Assembly (NCBI GenBank): GCA_964016885.1
Contig: OZ024749.1
Coordinates: forward strand, 47,058,001 to 47,122,000
Source of the DNA: Eledone cirrhosa
Lineage: Eukaryota
Direction of reading: 5' to 3'
DNA: 64,000 bases
A program made the translations under genes and the position numbers. Each line of letters starts with the position of its first letter. Within the stretch, counting starts at the first letter, position 1. Below the pieces are notes generated by a model. The model saw only the letters and a program-made list of their open reading frames with translations. It did not search any database and was not told the origin of the DNA. This document shows positions 61,771 through 64,000 of this stretch, piece by piece.

Positions 61771-61837
<67 letters not shown>

Positions 61838-62149
61838 GCTGCTACTACTAATATTACTGCTACTACTACTACTACTACTAATACTGTTACTACTACTACT
61901 AGTACTACTACTCAGCTAGTGCTGCTACTACTGCTGCTACTACAACAACCATTACTTCTACTGCTACTAATACTAATACTACTACTACGACAACTACTAC
62001 TACTACTACTACTAATAATAATACTACTACTACTACTAATACTTCTACTACTACTACTAGTACTACTACTCAGCTAGTGCTGCTACTACTGCTGCTAATA
62101 CAACAACCATTACTACTACTGCTACTACTACTACTACTACTACTACTAT

Positions 62150-62184
<35 letters not shown>
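61733..62184. repeat. (CTA)n microsatellite with an internal ~157-bp higher-order duplication
   Basis: ctcagctagtgctgctactactgctgcta...caacaaccattac occurs at about 61911 and 62069. Confidence 0.9.
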
Positions 62185-62585
62185 TTTAACTATTGCTACT
62201 AATATAAGCAATACTCTGACGTAAGGAATGATATTGATCTTTATTTTCGCGATAATAGTAATTGCCGTTGATTCTTTTATTTGTTTCGTTGGTATTTTCT
62301 CTCACTTTACCCGAAGAGTTGCGGCTGTAGTACATGTTTTTTACCTTTCCGCTTAATCTGCGTGTATGTGTGTGTATATGTATGTGCGTAGGCATAGACG
62401 CATACAATCATTCACAAAACAACACACATACATATACGCACACACAAACAAACAGCCACACACACACAGACACGCACACACACACATACATACACACACA
62501 CATACACACACACATACACACACACAAATATATATATATATAAATGAAAGGTATAGAAATATTGTAGCAAAAAGCCAACAGTATT

Positions 62586-62688
<103 letters not shown>

Positions 62689-62983
62689 AAACAAAATGAA
62701 AACGAAATTTCATTTCTCACTCTTAGTATGGCACTTACTTAAATGTAAGTATGCATGTATACGTACATACATATATGTATACAGACGTACAGTAGCATGC
62801 ACATATATATATATATATACATATATATATACATATGCATACAGGTACACATACATATATGCACGTATCAGTTTAGCGGCGCTAACGTCGCTTTGTTCGT
62901 TTGTAAACAAACTGAACAGCCTGAATTTATGCCATACGGTGTTAAGGCAACCACGTCACCTTTTTGTTCAACACTGACACAGG

Positions 62984-63028
62984 AACGATGTACTAGTTTC
63001 AAGCTTGTTAGCTATCATCAGCACCGTT
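62984..63028 (-). ncRNA. Minimal type I hammerhead ribozyme, unit 1
   Basis: Minus strand reads aacggtg CTGATGA t agct aaca agct t GAAA ctag TA catcgtt: 7-bp stem I (one G-U), intact CUGAUGA and GAAA boxes, 4-bp stem II, palindromic stem III (ACUAGU), GUA cleavage triplet. Confidence 0.85.
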
Positions 63029-63451
63029 TACCCATCTGCCAGATAGTTGAACGTTCGAAAGTATATACTTTCCTTATGAAAATTAACGGCTGAGCAGCCT
63101 AATTTGCATATTGAGTGAGTTAAATCGGTCAGGCATACCGAAAACGATAAATTGAAACAAAATGAAAACGAAATTTCATTTCTCACTCTTAGTATGGCAC
63201 TTACTTAAATGTAAGTATGCATGTATACGTACATACATATATGTATACAGACGTACAGTAGCATGCACATATATATATATATATATACATATATATATAC
63301 ATATGCATACAGGTACACATACATATATGCACGTATCAGTTTAGCGGCGCTAACGTCGCTTTGTTCGTTTGTAAACAAACTGAACAGCCTGAATTTATGC
63401 CATACGGTGTTAAGGCAACCACGTCACCTTTTTGTTCAACACTGACACAGG

Positions 63452-63496
63452 AACGATGTACTAGTTTCAAGCTTGTTAGCTATCATCAGCACCGTT
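63452..63496 (-). ncRNA. Minimal type I hammerhead ribozyme, unit 2
   Basis: Identical to the motif at 62984-63028. Confidence 0.85.
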
Positions 63497-63917
63497 TACC
63501 CATCTGCCAGATAGTTGAACGTTCGAAAGTATATACTTTCCTTATGAAAATTAACGGCTGAGCAGCCTAATTTGCATATTGAGTGAGTTAAATCGGTCAG
63601 GCATACCGAAAACGATAAATTGAAACAAAATGAAAACGAAATTTCATTTCTCACTCTTAGTATGGCACTTACTTAAATGTAAGTATGCATGTATACGTAC
63701 ATACATATATGTATACAGACGTACAGTAGCATGCACATATATATATATATATACATATATATATACATATGCATACAGGTACACATACATATATGCACGT
63801 ATCAGTTTAGCGGCGCTAACGTCGCTTTGTTCGTTTGTAAACAAACTGAACAGCCTGAATTCATGCCATACGGTGTTAAGGCAACCACGTCACCTTTTTG
63901 TTCAACACTGACACAGG

Positions 63918-63962
63918 AACGATGTACTAGTTTCAAGCTTGTTAGCTATCATCAGCACCGTT
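63918..63962 (-). ncRNA. Minimal type I hammerhead ribozyme, unit 3
   Basis: Identical to the motif at 62984-63028. Confidence 0.85.
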
Positions 63963-64000
63963 TACCCATCTGCCAGATAGTTGAACGTTCGAAAGTATAT

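Noticed and set aside
63040-63140. Possible second hammerhead per unit (minus CTGACCGA...GAAA gtatatac TT; palindrome gaaagtatatactttc)
   Set aside because: Non-canonical box and no adjacent stem I pairing; only the palindrome is certain.
62696-63911. Repeated 93-aa MKTKFHF... ORF in the tandem array
   Set aside because: Frameshifted in unit 2 by a TA-length change, crosses low-complexity sequence, and lies antisense to the ribozyme.

Overview
AT-rich, gene-free eukaryotic DNA that looks intergenic or intronic. The SINE family and the extreme (TA)n/(CA)n/(GA)n/(CTA)n load suggest an octopod cephalopod (inference). No host protein-coding exon can be supported, and almost all ORFs in the track are translated microsatellites. 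Recognisable content: about 13 copies of a tRNA-headed SINE (several with target-site duplications), one CORE-type SINE, decayed LINE fragments (R4/Dong-like RT at 32.7-34.3 kb, two RTE 3' ends, one CR1/L2-group 3' end) and many simple repeats. The main signal is RNA-structural. At the right end a near-identical 466-468 bp tandem array carries one complete minimal type I hammerhead ribozyme per unit on the minus strand, the architecture of a non-LTR retrozyme or tandem Penelope pLTR that could yield self-cleaved or circular monomers. Across the window, several other short families with intact, decayed or half hammerhead motifs sit between (TA)n tracts as fold-back inverted duplications, with their 3' ends pointing outward into the microsatellite.
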